A stretch of 64,000 bases of DNA, from assembly GCF_009914755.1 (NCBI RefSeq), contig NC_060925.1, one strand, 5' to 3'. How positions within the stretch are numbered: position 1 is the stretch's first letter; every line of letters begins with the position of its first letter. Shown here piece after piece: positions 33,392 to 61,590 of this stretch. Below the pieces are notes generated by a model. The model was not told where the DNA came from. It saw only the letters and a list, made by a program, of their open reading frames with translations, and made no database searches. The DNA is from the human T2T-CHM13v2.0 reference genome, Homo sapiens. A program made the translations under genes and the position numbers.

Positions 33392-35340
33392 CATTGTTTT
33401 GGCTCATCCTTCCATTTTTGAACAGAAACTAGGATCATATTATGAAGTTCCTACAAAATTTTCATTGGCATTGTATTGGATACAGTAGGCCAATATAAAT
33501 TGATCAATAGATATTTAATATTTTTACTTCTTTGCTTTCACTTTAGATCATGGTCTGTTGCTCCATTTATTCTAAACCCTTTTTTTAGTATTGGCAGTTC
33601 TTCTATGTTTGTATTCAAATTCACATTTTATGATCAATTTATAGATGTATTTAAACATTTTAAATTTATATTTGATTGAAACTTTCCAGTGAATTTTTTA
33701 AACTAGATATTGTTGTTCTATAATGGAATGACTTCAACCGGGAGCCTAAGGCAGATTCTGTCATGTAGAGTTCCATGAGCATATGTAGTATTTTTAAATG
33801 AATTAAATTTGCATAATTTTTGACATGGCATTACCGTTCAGTTCAATTCTCTGTTATCTTACAGATAGTCCACGCTTTTGGACTTACAGATAGTGTATTG
33901 GACTTTTCTGGCCTCACAGAGTGGTGAGTTTTCAGTCCTCATGGAACTGGCATCCATTAGGACAAATTTTGCTATGGGTCAGTCACCAATAAAACCAGAT
34001 GAGCGTCTCCTTCCATTTAAATTTTTGTCCTCAGAGCCCAGGCTTCATCCATAGAACATTTTTTTTTTCTAATGTTCTTCCTGCTGGATAGTGAAGATTA
34101 CTGGGTCTACATTTGGAGAGGGTCAGCTTTCAGGTTGGAGGCACCAGACATGAGGTGCACAGGCATTACCTTCTTACAGACTGTCACCAGTCTCATGAAG
34201 TCATCTTGTTACTGCAGCTTGGACCCTGATTTCTTGGCTCGTGTGTAAATAGAAATTAACACTGGACCAAACAGAAATTTTTATCAGGCAACATTTAATA
34301 GGCTTGCAGCCTGAGCAAGTCAAGGGAGCAACATACAGGAAAGGGATCCCCGTTGCTAGCTCTCCAAAGGGCTTAGCTCTTGTCATTTAAGGAAGTTGAG
34401 GAGAAAAATAACTGATATGTAGGCATGTAGAGGTGGGGAGTTTTTAGCACCAAAGATGACTCGGTCCTTCAGAAGTCACTCTGAGGAACATTTGTCTTGA
34501 ATAAAACTTCATTTTAGAGGCACCTTCAAAAAGAAAGAGGATAAAATTTATCTGGCCCAATGGGTAGCACTTTTGGTTGATATGCAGAAGTCTCCAAATG
34601 CAATTCTGAATAAAAAACTGCTTCACTAACAAATTCATTGGTCAAAGCCAATGAGCAATTTGAAAAAATTAAGTAGTAACAAATGACTAATTTTATTAGT
34701 AAATCCTGCTCTTCTTTGCCTACATCTACCTCCCCATATTCAGCTTTCTCTATTCCCCCTTATATTTCTGATTTCCCTGCTTCAACACCTCATACTCCTT
34801 CCTCCTCTTACTCAGACCTCTAGCTTTTCCCAACTCTCCTGAAACCCCCAAATGCCAAGGACCTCTGATACAGGTCACATTTGACAGTTTACTTTAAAAG
34901 TAAACGGGCTTCCAAAGGTACCCATGTTGGGGAGGTCTTGTAATTCATGGCAACATCCTGTCCCTGAGTAAAAAATATTAACATGAAGAGTCCTCTTCCC
35001 TTCTTCTAAACTTTCCTATATGTTCCTATAAAAGCCTTCCAACTTGTAGCAGATTCTGGAAAACTCCCAACTGTGTTGGTATGTCTTCCAGGATTTATCC
35101 TCATATTTGTCTTCCAATATACTTTTATCAAATTTTTTGTCTCAGCCTTATTTTGGTGGATACTTCTAAAAATTCTTTCTCATGATCCAGGTATGAAGGG
35201 AACTATAAAGTTTAAACTTTGTACTGAATTAAGCTGAATTAAGAACTCTAATAAAAGATTTCCCTAAACTCAAATAAGGTTGGCAAATATTCATAGAATT
35301 TAGAATTCTTTTGGATGAACATGACCCAGGGTTACCTGAT

Positions 35341-36042
35341 TGTTATAGATGGAATGTTTTTGCTTTGTTCCCCCAAACTCAACTGTTGAAGCCCTAACTT
35401 CCAGTGTGACAGTATTTGGAGATGGGCTCTTTGGGATGTAATTAGGGTTAAATTAGCTCATGAGGGTGAGGACATCCAGATGGAATTAATGACCTTATCA
35501 GAAGAAGAAGAGATCTTTCTCTTCTTGTCTGTGAAAAAGCAGAGAGGAAAGGCCAGATGAGGACACAGTAAGTAGGCAGCCATCTGCAGCCCAAGGAGAG
35601 AACACTTCCCACCCTCTAGAACTGTGAGAAAATAAATTTCTGTTGTTTAAGCCACCCAGTATATGGCTTTTTTTTTTCGGACAGCCCTAGTGTTGCAGGA
35701 CTTTTCCTTAGTTCAGCTAAAGACGGGGTTCTTGTCCACCCCACGGACATGAAAATTTAGGCTTCCAGGAAGTTTAAAGGGTGAGTGAAGCAGGGTTTTA
35801 TTGGGTGAAAAGGGAAAAAAGAGGGGAAACAGGGACTCTCGCAAAGCCAGAGTCCCTCTGCTAGAGGGCTTTCCGCCAGGCACTTGAATCTGAGGTTCCA
35901 CCCAGGAAGAGGAGGGGCCAGGCTCGGGCTCCTCCCTGCTGCAAAAGTCCTGAATTTCCCCAGGCTCCACCTCAGCGGGCTGGCTTGTTGGAGTTTCTCC
36001 AGGACCCCCTCCCACCTGGCTGTCTCACTAGCAGTCTAACAC
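35341..36042 (+). mobile_element. MLT1A/MST-type MaLR LTR, interrupted by MER61
   Basis: tgttgaagccctaacttccagtgtgacagtatttggagatggg...ctctagaactgtgagaaaataaatttctgttgtttaagccacccag. Confidence 0.75.
35691..36027 (-). mobile_element. MER61-like ERV1 solo LTR
   Basis: Minus strand starts TGAGACAGCCAGGTGGGAGGGGGTCC and ends AAGTCCTGCAACA; 4-bp TSD CTAG at 35687-35690 and 36028-36031. Confidence 0.75.
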
Positions 36043-36049
36043 ACTGACC

Positions 36050-37190
36050 TATGTGTGACCTATATCAACTTGTAGTCATGTTGGTTAAAATCTGAAATGC
36101 TAAATCCTGGATGACAAAAGCTGGTTATGCTTTCCTGGAAAGGGAGCTACAGAATCCTTCTTTCCACAGTAAATCTGAGGGTCAAAAAAAAAATTTTTTT
36201 TAAAGGCTATAAGAGTAGGTTGAAGTCTCCTAAAAGCCAGACCTGAAACATTTCCAACAAAAATTAATTGGGCCGTAATTCAGTCATTCAAACTGATGAA
36301 ACTATAGGAGATTTTCAGAATAGACTAGAAAATACCTTCCAACATTTGTAAGCTAAGGAAGATGTCCATGTAATAGCTACTCTTTCATCTCATTTCGCCA
36401 ATGGAGTTAAGCCTGAAATTGGAGACCACATTTGAAAACCAATTAGAATGGAAATAGCCCCTTTATCTGCAGTACAATACCTGGCACAGCATTTTGAAAG
36501 GGCTTTAGAACAAAAATGAAGCAGGTTCCAAAATAAACTTGTAGCACTACTAATCCAACAGCTAGGTTACCCATTTTATAACAAGTGACTTGTTGACAAG
36601 GACATGTTTGGATATTGTTAATAGGACATAGGAAAGAAGATTGTCCCATCTTACAAGAGAAAAACAAAGATGGAAAAATTCCTAATTCAGATCAATCGAT
36701 GTTCTCACAAAAACCAGAAAAGGAAAAACCATCCAATATTCTGCCTTATGCTAAACATTCACAGTAAATACAATACTAATATAGATGGTCAACTTCATCA
36801 ATTCCTGGTAAATAAGGTTGCTACTCTTTCTACATTAAACCCTGCCATCTTTGCTCAACCTTTTCTTTGGAGTAAGCGTATTACACAGGTGGTATTTCCA
36901 ATACTCCACAGATTTTCCCTGTATCTCAGCCCTTAACTGTAACTATTGGGGTTTGACTGCATAAACATTCCTTCCTACCTTGTGATACCACCCCTGCATG
37001 TTTAATAGGAAGAAATTTACTTTGCAAATGGAACTACAATATTAAATGCACTTCAAAGGGACTATTTTTTAAGGTTGCAGAGAACACTTCTATTCATAAT
37101 CAAGTTGTGTCTGCTCAAGATGCAATTTTGCCTTCTCCATTATATTTGATACATATTCCAGATAAGGATCTTGACCTTATATCTGGCTGG
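36050..37190 (+). mobile_element. Ancient degenerate ERV internal gag-pro remnant
   Basis: Eroded zinc knuckle near 36604-36650; protease-like IDGQLHQFLVNKVATLSTLNP (FLVDTGA decayed) in ORF 36670-36936; LIGRNLL-like text near 37000. Confidence 0.6.
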
Positions 37191-37946
37191 ATCTTTGTGT
37201 TTTTATTTCACCCCTATAATGTCCTGGAGCTTTCCAAGTTACCTTCTGAGAACAGACAATTAGAAGGAAAGATAACAAGAAACTTCTGCAATAGACTAGA
37301 CAAACTAAATCTGAAAGTCCTGAGTGCAAAGCAGTGGATTAAAACTATAAAGAATTTTCTGGGAGCTGTGCTAGTAGTTGCATTAACATCTTCAAATTTT
37401 ATTTTTGGAAGAAATCTTAGATAACCATTTGTTGTTGTTTTTAAAAGTCCATCATATCATGTGAAATATAATCTCACTTACTTCAGGTTTGGGTGACATT
37501 TTGAAAAGCCAAGAATGAGGAGGAATCATATTGTTTTTAAGTCTAACTTCCTCAAATATTTGACATACTCATATTGGAACAGGTTAGTCACTTAGAGATG
37601 CAGCAAGTGAGGGAAAGGACATGTCTTATATACTGATGAGTACCTAGCACCAAATTAAGGATGTAGCCTTCCATATGTATTTTGATTAAAAGAATGAAAC
37701 TGGGAGTGGAGCATGAAGGTCAGAGATGATGTTCTTATTAAAGGCTTTTGAGATGTATTAATAAATTTGCCTCCATCCCTTCACCACCCCCCGAAACAGG
37801 TGGAATAAGGCTTTTTAATATTAACTAAATTGAGAGGTGGAAAATGGCATGCTATTTTCATAAGTTTTTAAATATTACTGAGATGAATTATATTTTCATG
37901 TAGTAATTTTTAAATCATACTTTCACCTTATAATACATAAGTTTCA

Positions 37947-38291
<345 letters not shown>

Positions 38292-38587
38292 TATATATAT
38301 ATATATTATATATATATATATTACATTTAGTGCCTATTATACAGTAGATATTGTGTTAAATTCTTTATAGGTATTATTTATGAAATTTAATTTATTCCTC
38401 AGTACAAGCTTGTTGATGTAAGTTATCATCCTCATTTTACAGCAAATATACTACTAAGACTTTTTTTTTAAAGTCTTCCAACAGTTTATTAGAAAGAATG
38501 TAGGCATTTAAAAAAATCCCCACTGTCATGAACATAAATTGAGGTTTTCAGCCCTGGTATAAGCTGAATCAAAAAAAGAAAAAATCC

Positions 38588-38901
<314 letters not shown>

Positions 38902-39637
38902 TCACTCATTTGCCATACTGACAATGCAAATACAAATCTGGACTAAATGTACAGACTCTCAAGCAACAATGTACAGCTTTCTTCGTCTTCCATGCTAAGA
39001 GATGTAAAAGCTTAAGGGTCAAACAATACCAAATGTACAGGCTTCAAAAACCATCTAAGTTAGGGCATTCTCTAATTTTAGCTAATATACACCTGGAACA
39101 CTGACAAGTGATCACTTACATAGAATAATGTGAAGTAAATTTTTTGAAAAATAAATTTTAGTGGAACAATCCTGAAGGATAACACCAGAGGAACAGCAGG
39201 TTACCAGTAAGGTGTCAGCCAATTTGTTCAGCCACTTTTGAATCCATGTTCTATAATCTAAAATTTAGCTCTCTTTCCCTAAGCTGAGAGCTTCCTATCA
39301 TCATGTCAGTATCTATATTATGAAGAAAAGGAGACTTAGGTGAGATGTTTTTATTTATCACAACTGCCGCATTAATTGCCTAGGACCTCAACAGCTTCAT
39401 GAAAGTCTGGGAAATGTTCATGCATAAGGTTATTGCCTTAGCTGACTTAAAATTGCCCCCTACAATGGTACATATCAACCCTTAGTGAAGCCCTTTAAAA
39501 AACAAACAGGTTGAAAAATGGGTTAAAGTAGGCAGCTACAGCATCTGCTTTTAGATCAACTCAGGAATTCTCTCAATCATGAAATCTTGCAGAGAAGTTA
39601 TTTTTCTTTCTCAAAACCCAGGTGATGACAATATTCC

Positions 39638-40120
39638 TTACTCCAGATCTGGCATTTTTTCATCATCACTGTCTTGTGAATCATCATCTGCTCCATCTAC
39701 TTCTGGTAAATCTACATCCTCATCACCACCCATGTTATTCATCATCTCAGAGAAACGATCAAAATTAGACATGTCTTCATCTGAATCATCTTCCCAGTCT
39801 TTCCAATTATTGAAGTCAACACTAAGCCAATTAAGCTTTGCCCTTTCTTTTGTTAACCTTGGCCATGACTGTCCAGATTCTCCTTTTCGTAAACAACATA
39901 AAATTGATCTGTCCGTTCTTTTATGCTTGGAATCGTTTGTATCAATACAGTGAAAAAGATCAATTTCATTTAAATGCTTAAAATTATCACTTCCTCCGAG
40001 ACAACTGAATGTAAGTTTGGATTTTTCAAAATTTACATTAACATCCTTACTGTCTTCAACACAAAATTCAATGAAGACATAGTGCCTTTGATCGTACCAC
40101 TTTGCAGAAGCAGGCTGCAT
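39638..40120 (-). CDS. PTGES3P1: Uninterrupted 160-aa p23/PTGES3-like ORF within the retrocopy; expression unknown
   Basis: MQPASAKWYD...DDEKMPDLE; differs from recalled human p23 at R11Q, D13H, P61T. Confidence 0.5.
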   Translation of the reverse strand: MQPASAKWYDQRHYVFIEFCVEDSKDVNVNFEKSKLTFSCLGGSDNFKHLNEIDLFHCIDTNDSKHKRTDRSILCCLRKGESGQSWPRLTKERAKLNWLSVDFNNWKDWEDDSDEDMSNFDRFSEMMNNMGGDEDVDLPEVDGADDDSQDSDDEKMPDLE

Positions 40121-42993
40121 TGTGAACGGGGCAGGGGGAGGGGCGAACGGGTGGGCGGGCCTCTCTGGCGGGGTCTGCTGCTATGGAGTCCACTTCTCTC
40201 CAGTGGCGACTCAGCGTTTTCTTCCCGGTCGCGGCCTCTTCTCGCTTCCCTCAGGCGACGGCAGCAGTGGCTGGCTCGACCTCGGTCCCCAGAATGCACT
40301 GCGCAGACTACTAAGACTTTTAACCACATTTTATGACAGTTCATAATGCCACAAGGTTCTGGCACTTGGTTCAAATGATAACTCACTTTGTTGAAAAAAA
40401 GAAGGTTAAATTATGTTTAATAACTGCTCCTTGTTCTTCAAAGTAGGCTAGGAAAGAAAGTGGACTAGAACAATCTGGAACTAAGTATGTGTATCTCTAC
40501 CTTTCCCCTCCAATTATGAATGTTTGATTATTCATTTTCTAAAATAATAGTACTGAGAGATTGTGTAAGTCTTACACCAAGTTGCATCTGGGGCATATAA
40601 GATGAGTTAAAGAGACTGATCAGAATAGATTAGCAATGGAGAACTCTTTTGAGAGACTTATTGGTGTGCATTGATATCCACCCTCTCTTTATCTCTGCTC
40701 ATTTTCCCCATAGGGCAATGAGAGGTGCTTCTTTCTTACTATCTTTACAAACTAAGTAGCATTGGGCACTTAAAAGATCCTCTTGAAAAGCTGATATGTG
40801 CTCTTTGGGGTTTGGGGACACTAGTACTGGTGCCCAACTTATGCCTAAAAACATCTAAAAGTGATAGTCTGGGATGGAATGGTTTGTGGCAAAATAGGAA
40901 AGAAAAGAGAGTTGGGGGAATCCTGTTCCTACGGTGTATGGCTAAACTGGTGCGCATGAGTTTTTCTCATGGGTATAATCACTGGGGTGTTCTGGACTTG
41001 GGTCATATTGAAGGAAATCCTGCACAAGATGTCAACATGTCAAGAGGCATTGATCTCAACACCAAGAATATATTGAATGAGTGGATCTCTAGAAGAGAGA
41101 ATTTGAGGAAAGGAATCAGAAGTGGACTACAATAGGGACGTGCTATTGGGAGGTCCTGGCAAGGGGGATCAGCAAAGAACCCAAATCATCCTTAAGGACT
41201 TAAGCCACCACCAGAAGGTGCCAACACCAGATCAGTTATGTATCATGTAAGGTTTCTTTTCCTTAATTCCCTGCACTCTAGTGTTAACAACTTGAAGGTA
41301 TCATCAACATGAGCTAGTGTACCCAGTGGGAGGGAGAGCTGGAAATGAAAATAAAAAGTCGTACACCTTTCTCACTGTGTGCCTGTAAGGCTGAATCAGG
41401 CCTGGGCTGTGTGACTGAGTGGAATCTGAGGGGGAGCAAGATACAAGGGGAGGAACTTTAAATCAAAACTCAGACATTTAAAAATTTAGGTCAAATGTTA
41501 TTTTTTTTTTTTAGAAAAAGAGACTATTCATTTATCTGAGAGTGACTAATGAACAAACAGGAAAGAAATGTTCCGATTAAGTAAAAGGGGAATTGTAAGA
41601 AAGAATAAAGTTGCTTTTTGCTTTCACAGAACTAGATACAAAATATTAACTGTTTGAAAGGTAAGAGCAATAACTAAACTGAGGTGTAAACAAGATAGAT
41701 CTTAAATACAAATGAACTAATATGTTATATTGTGTTCCCAGGGTTGGGGAATAGGGAGTACCTATTCTATAGTCCTATTAAGTCTTTCTTAAGTATCATT
41801 GTTAAAAACTAAGAATAACTTAAAGAATATTAACAAAGTGCATGACATGAAACAACAGTGGAAAGATTAAAACAACATTGAAAAATAATGACAAAAAAGA
41901 TGAGAAGAGTGTTGTATCTGATGTACACAAAAATACTAACTCAAGTCTTAGGTTATTCCTACTATAAGATTTATCTCCATACATCTGCATGGAAAAACTG
42001 GTTGACTAAACATACAGGAAAATTTCCCACGTTATTAGTTTCTTCCTCCAAAAGTAGAAGACAAAAATACTCTAATTCTCAGACTTTCCCATGGGTAGGC
42101 ATATGATTTAGATTCTTCCCTGCAGATTGACTTTTGTGAGGCTTAGCTGGAGATGTGAGCAGCTCAAAGATGCAACTTTTCATGGGGTAGGGGAGTATTT
42201 GTTTACTGAAAATGTGAAGGTGGTGGCATCCATTTACTCATAGCTGACACTGCAGAAGCTTCCAGCATTTCATCCAGAGATCATGGTGCTGGTTCATGGT
42301 AGCTGTGTTGTTTTCCCGTGAGATGCCTTTACAATGGTAGTATTATCCTCGGTGGAATAGCTGTAGAGTATGGCTCCCTCACAATTCTGGAGCATCGGTG
42401 TGCAACCTAATGGTATTAAAAAGTAAATTACTTTTTACTTAAATTGCTGAGCAGATTCTTATTTGCCATGAAGAACTCTGAATAATACACATCCTGAAAC
42501 AATTGTAGTAGGATAATGTTTTGTATTAATGAATTATTCTTGATTTTTCAATCTGTCATTTTTTTTTTTTTAGTAAGTCATTTACCCTGAGTAGCTTTGA
42601 GGATATAATGTCATAGCAGAGGAGCAGAGAGAAAAATGCAGTCAAGTTTTAGGCTTTATAGGATTATAGTCCTGGTCCTCAGAAGAATGGAAAGTAATTT
42701 GAGTTTGAGTTAAAGCTTTCCTTTCTGTGATTGTAGAAGTTATTTTCTAAACTTCAGGAAAGAGAAAAGACTAAGGGAGACTAGAGAAGAGAGATCTAGG
42801 TGGCCTGGGAATGGGGCAGTAATTACCTAGAGGGTTTACATGGACAGAGAAGGTGGAGCCTCTACTCATAAATGCATTCTGCACAGAGGCAACCACTTTC
42901 TCTGCTAGTGCCCACAGATCATGCAGCCTCCATCCAAATGAGAACTGTGCACTGTCTGTACTTTAAAAGCCTAGTTAAGTGTCCCAGATCTCC

Positions 42994-42999
42994 TTTATT
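42994..42999 (-). other. Candidate polyadenylation signal in the GBP2 3'UTR
   Basis: AATAAA on the minus strand ~530 nt after the stop; usage cannot be shown from sequence. Confidence 0.45.
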
Positions 43000-43528
43000 T
43001 GCAGCCAGCATGCCATACAAAGACCACTTGGCAGGAGTGATGCTCTACTGTGCCCCATGGTTTGTTTGGTCTCATCACATTTTCATCATATTCACAACAC
43101 TTCAGCCCTATGCTACGACCATAGTTAAATCCCTGAATAAGAGTATAGGACTGAATATACAGTAAGGGTGGTGCATATGAGAGAAAAAAATCTACCCAGA
43201 ACAGAAACTGCAAGATATCTCATTGGAAAATGCATCCTAGTTACACAATATCTCTCTTGAGTCCTTGTGTATGATTTCAAATATAGGATTTAGTTAAAGA
43301 TCATATTAAAAGTTAGTACTATAAATAAGCATGAGTTGAATTGCTCTGTAGGTAAAACATTGACCTCATACTTAACCTTTACTTTGCAAACTTTATGGTT
43401 CAACAAAAATGCATGCATCATGATTTTGAGTTAAGTTTAATGGCAGTTGTTTGACACTCTGAAGTTGCTCATTCATGTTGTTTCTTGGGGAGAGGGAGCT
43501 GGACAGGCAAATTTTGCTCCTTGGACTT

Positions 43529-57327
<13,799 letters not shown>

Positions 57328-57519
57328 GTCCAGGGTGTTGTTCCCTTGTGTGCAAGGAAAAAGATGAAATGGAAAGCAGTTTTTAGGTAGTTAGCTATGC
57401 TGAACTTTACAATATGGGTTAAATTTTTGTTTTCTATGCTTGAACATTTTTTCATATACGTTTTTTAAAGCCTGGTTTCTCTTTAAGGCTGTCTTACAAA
57501 TTGGGTCACTGGCTTTCTT

Positions 57520-59720
57520 TAAAAATAACTTTATTTTGAAATACACTTACAGAAAAGATGTACAATGGGTATGGAAAGTTCCCATATATCATTTCCCCTA
57601 AAGTTAAAATTTTCCATAACCATAGAACAAGGATTTTAACATTGGTAGAGTGATAACTAATTTACACTCCTTATTCACATTTCACCAGTTTCCCACTAAT
57701 GTCCTTCTGCTCCATGACCCAATCCAGGATTCCTCATTGCATTTAGTCATTATGTTTCTGTATTTTCCTTGCATCTTTGATAGTTCCTTATTCTTTCCTT
57801 GTCTTTCATGTCTTTGACATTTTAGAAGTTGACTGGCTATGATTTTGTAGAATATCCCTCAATTTGGGTTTTTTGATGTTTCCTTATTATTAGATTGAAG
57901 TTATACATTTTTTTTTGCAAATGTCACCAAAGTGATGTTCTGCCATTTTCAGTGTCTTGTATTAAGGGATTCATGATGTTGACATGACTTTTTCTGGTGC
58001 TGTGACCTTAACTTTGATCACTTGGTTAAGGTGTTCTCTGCCAGGTTTCTCTACCACGAAGTGTTATGTACCATTTTGTCACTAAAAAGTACCATTTGAA
58101 GAGACAGTTTGAAGACTATGCAAATAAAGATTCATCATACTTCCATAATTTTTTCAGTCACTATTTTTAGCATCTGTTGATAATTCTTGCTTATAACTTA
58201 CTGTGATGTTTGACTAAAAGTAATTTTCTATTTTCATTCCTTCTACATTTATTAGAGTTCTAATGTGAGCAAGAACTGCCCTTTCTCCTCTATTTATTTT
58301 ATTTACTTATTTAATCATTTAGTTGTATCAGTGTAGATCTATAGTAGATCAGTGTAGATTTATCATATGGGTAACACTTTACTATCACTATTTATCTCAT
58401 TGCTCAACTCGTCCCAGATTAGTTCACTGAGAGCTCCTTCAAGCTGTAGCCCAGGTACTATGGACGTGCTTCCATCATATTTTCAGTGCGTCTTTCCTTC
58501 TGACATTACAATATATGCCAGGCTTATCTAATATTTTTTCTGCTTCAGCCTTAGAATCGACCATTTCTCCCAAGGGCTCTGGTTGCTTTCATTGGATAAT
58601 GGTAGATAGACAACAAGATTATCACACTAGGTGTAGTCATTACTTCTAGGCCCTCTCAGGTGGAAAGTTAAGAAATCTATGTTTATATACCAGCACATGA
58701 ATACACACATCTACATTTATTTCTCGTCTATCTGTTTCTATATATAAGCTTAAGTTTCTTCTGATATTTCTAATTCCAATTCAACAAAACAAAACTTATT
58801 CATGTTTTCCCCTTGTTTTTAAAACCTTTTCTCTGAGTGTGTCATTATACATAATAAATTTAGTTATTTGCTCAATTCTAGTACATATAATTTGTTTTAA
58901 AGTTACTAACTCATAAGTGTTTGAAAGATAAATTTGCTAACTAGAGTGCACTATTAGTTAAAAGTTCTTGTCTTTGGTCTTACACATACAGTCAAAACAC
59001 TGTATTCCAAAGTTGCTTAGACTACTATTTCCTTCTCCATTCTCTTTGGTGTAGTTAAATTATTTATTTGTAATATAGTTAGGTTCATTTGTTGGTTGAT
59101 TTTAAGTATGCATTTATTTTTGAGTATGCGAAATATCAGAGTTCTGAAAGTCAGAGCTTTACAACAAGCTGTAGTCAGAGAAGTGTCACTTTCCCTTCAT
59201 CTTGGCACTGCATTCCCATTCCATCTGTCTTTCCATTCTTTCCACTTCATGCCCACTTATCCTCCATAGATATCCAATCTTGTTAGTTTCTAGTTTACCT
59301 TTCTTGGACTTTTTTTCATTAATGAGCATATACATGTATATTTTCTTATTCACATTTTCCAACAAAAAGATCACATCACTTAGAAATATGGGAGTCTTTC
59401 CCTATCAGTTCGTAGGAAGATTTCTCAATTCTTTTGACAGGCATCTACTCCATTTATGTGGACATAGCACAGTTTATTCAACCGTTCTTTTATGTATAGA
59501 CTTTTAGATTGTTTCTAATATTTAGCAATTACAAACAATGCTGCAATGAAAACCTCTGCTAACCTTGTGAGTGTTTATTTTTATATTGCTATAGGAGTAA
59601 CTTTAGGATAGCATCCTATAAGTGAGATTGCCAGGTCAAAAGGTAAGAGCATTTTATTTTGTTGGATATTGCCAAGTTCCTCTCCAGAAGGATGTATCAG
59701 GTTGAATTCCCACCAGATCA
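57520..59720 (-). mobile_element. Old L1M (L1MC-like) 3' portion in GBP2 intron 1
   Basis: T-rich antisense L1 3'UTR text (ttgatcacttggttaaggtg; attacaaacaatgctgcaatgaa). Confidence 0.65.
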
Positions 59721-61223
59721 TCTTGTATCTCACTGTTCAGAAAATGGATTTTTTTTCTAGATATGTCACATTTTCTGACTTAATTACAAAATTTTCTTTG
59801 GAAACTTTTCACATTCACGTTTAGATATTTGGACTGAGCAAAGCTGAGCTCACTAAGCTCATGTACACAGTAATAGGAACTTTTACCTGGGGAATCTTGT
59901 GTCATACATATCTCCATACTTTGAAACATAGATACCATTCTAACCCAGCCTTGGTCCTGATTTCTTCCAAGCCCCTCTACGGACAGGGTCTGGTCAGACT
60001 GTGGGACTCAGGTTACCCAGTGGCTTCTTCCTATCACTATGCAGGAAGCCCTTTGAGCTACCACAGGACATCACTTGTTCTTAATATTTGCTGTGAATCA
60101 GCATTCACCTGTTATTCACTCAAGCTTGGTATCTCAAATCTGACATGTAGAAAATCTGCTGATTTTTTACTCAATTATGTTACCAGATTTTAACCTCTCT
60201 GTGTTTTAAGACTGATTCTTTATCACCTGCATGTATATCAGTTTGCATATTGCTTTCAGTTATTTCAGGTAATGAAGCCAGCATCAGGAAACATTCTCTG
60301 ATGAACCAGGGCTTGTTTTTTTCTGACTTCTGCTTCATGGAGAGCAGTATATACACAATTGTAGGCATATCCTGTTTAACCAGGCCTTGATAATTTGATA
60401 ATTTTGTAAATTTAAAATGAGCAAGAAGCCTTCCTGTAGTAACATCTTAATTTGTGTTTTTGCCTTGAATGTCTCAATCCCTGTAACTTAAAATGATCAT
60501 GATATAACATTTATAACTTCTTTAACAAACAATCATAGACTGTAAGCATTACAGCTTTCCTTCTTCTATAATAAAGAGTGCTTTGTTTATAATATGGAGT
60601 CGATTACTTCTGACTTGCTCTGATGAAGGCTTATATCTAATTATCTGTTTCCCATCCCTTCAGGGGACAATGGCAAAAAAACTATTTTTCTGTGGTCAGG
60701 ACCCATTTTCTCTTACAACAATGGCTCACAGACACTTCTGGCAAGACTTCTGTTTCATTGTATAGCATGATGTAAACCACCTTAAAATGGGAATCAATCA
60801 ATGACTGACTCAGAAAAGTAGCTGCACAAAGACTGTATAAGCTCCCTAATTATAATAACGTGTTCCCTCTCTTTGCAGATCCCAAGTTGCCTACCTTCAT
60901 TTACCTAGAGCTCTACAAGTGGCAATAATGAATGTGATGGAGCCCTAACTTTATTAAGCAGATACTAATAATGATAAAGTTAATTTAAGATAGTGTCAAG
61001 AAAGAAATAACAATTTAGAAACATTCCCATCTCTCTATGCTGGAGACTAGTTCACAGCAGGAGCAGAGAGCACTAAGGAACCTGCAGCCACTTGATAGGG
61101 CCAGGATAGTATGTGGACTTGTGTCCCACAGCAGGCTCAGCTGCGGCCTGTTGTGGGAATGGTCAATTTAGATAAAACTGATGAACCCTGGTAAATATTT
61201 TCCCACCCCTGCCCCAGTCTTAC

Positions 61224-61465
61224 CCAGATCAGAGATCCTTTAGCACTGGAAAGAAGGTTGTTCCAATGTGAAAGTCGAGTCCTTTTCCTCCTCTCTTTTC
61301 TTCCGAGTTTGGCTGCACTGCTTTCTCCCTCTTTTTTCTCTCACGGTAACTGTGGACTTTTACTTTACCCCTCCAACGTCCTGGGGCTTCCTCCAACGTC
61401 CAGGCTCTGTCAATGTCAGAGACCTGACGAGAGACAAGAAAAAGAGGTAACCTCTGCAAAGAAAT
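61224..61465 (-). other. GBP2: GBP2 non-coding exon 1; 5' limit approximate
   Basis: Matches the recalled GBP2 5'UTR; donor GATCTGG|GTAAGA at 61224/61223 joins to GGAACAACACCCTGGACATG. Confidence 0.85.
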
Positions 61466-61469
61466 GCAC

Positions 61470-61590
61470 TAATATGAAACAAAGTATCAACTAAAGCAGT
61501 GACTCATTCACCATAAAAGGAATTGTTGACAGCTGTGCTGGTAAGAGGGTTTGTCATGATTTCTCAACCAGGAACTTTCCACTTTATCAT
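61470..61590. promoter_or_regulatory. GBP2 proximal promoter: degenerate ISRE homologue, AP-1 site and kB-like site
   Basis: TAATATGAAACAAAGTA at 61470-61486; TGACTCA at 61500-61506; GGAACTTTCC at 61571-61580. Confidence 0.65.

Noticed and set aside
35691-36027. MER61 as a p53-responsive enhancer
   Set aside because: No paired RRRCWWGYYY half-sites visible in this copy
40725-41135. 136-aa plus-strand ORF
   Set aside because: Non-ATG start, no recognisable motif, no splice context
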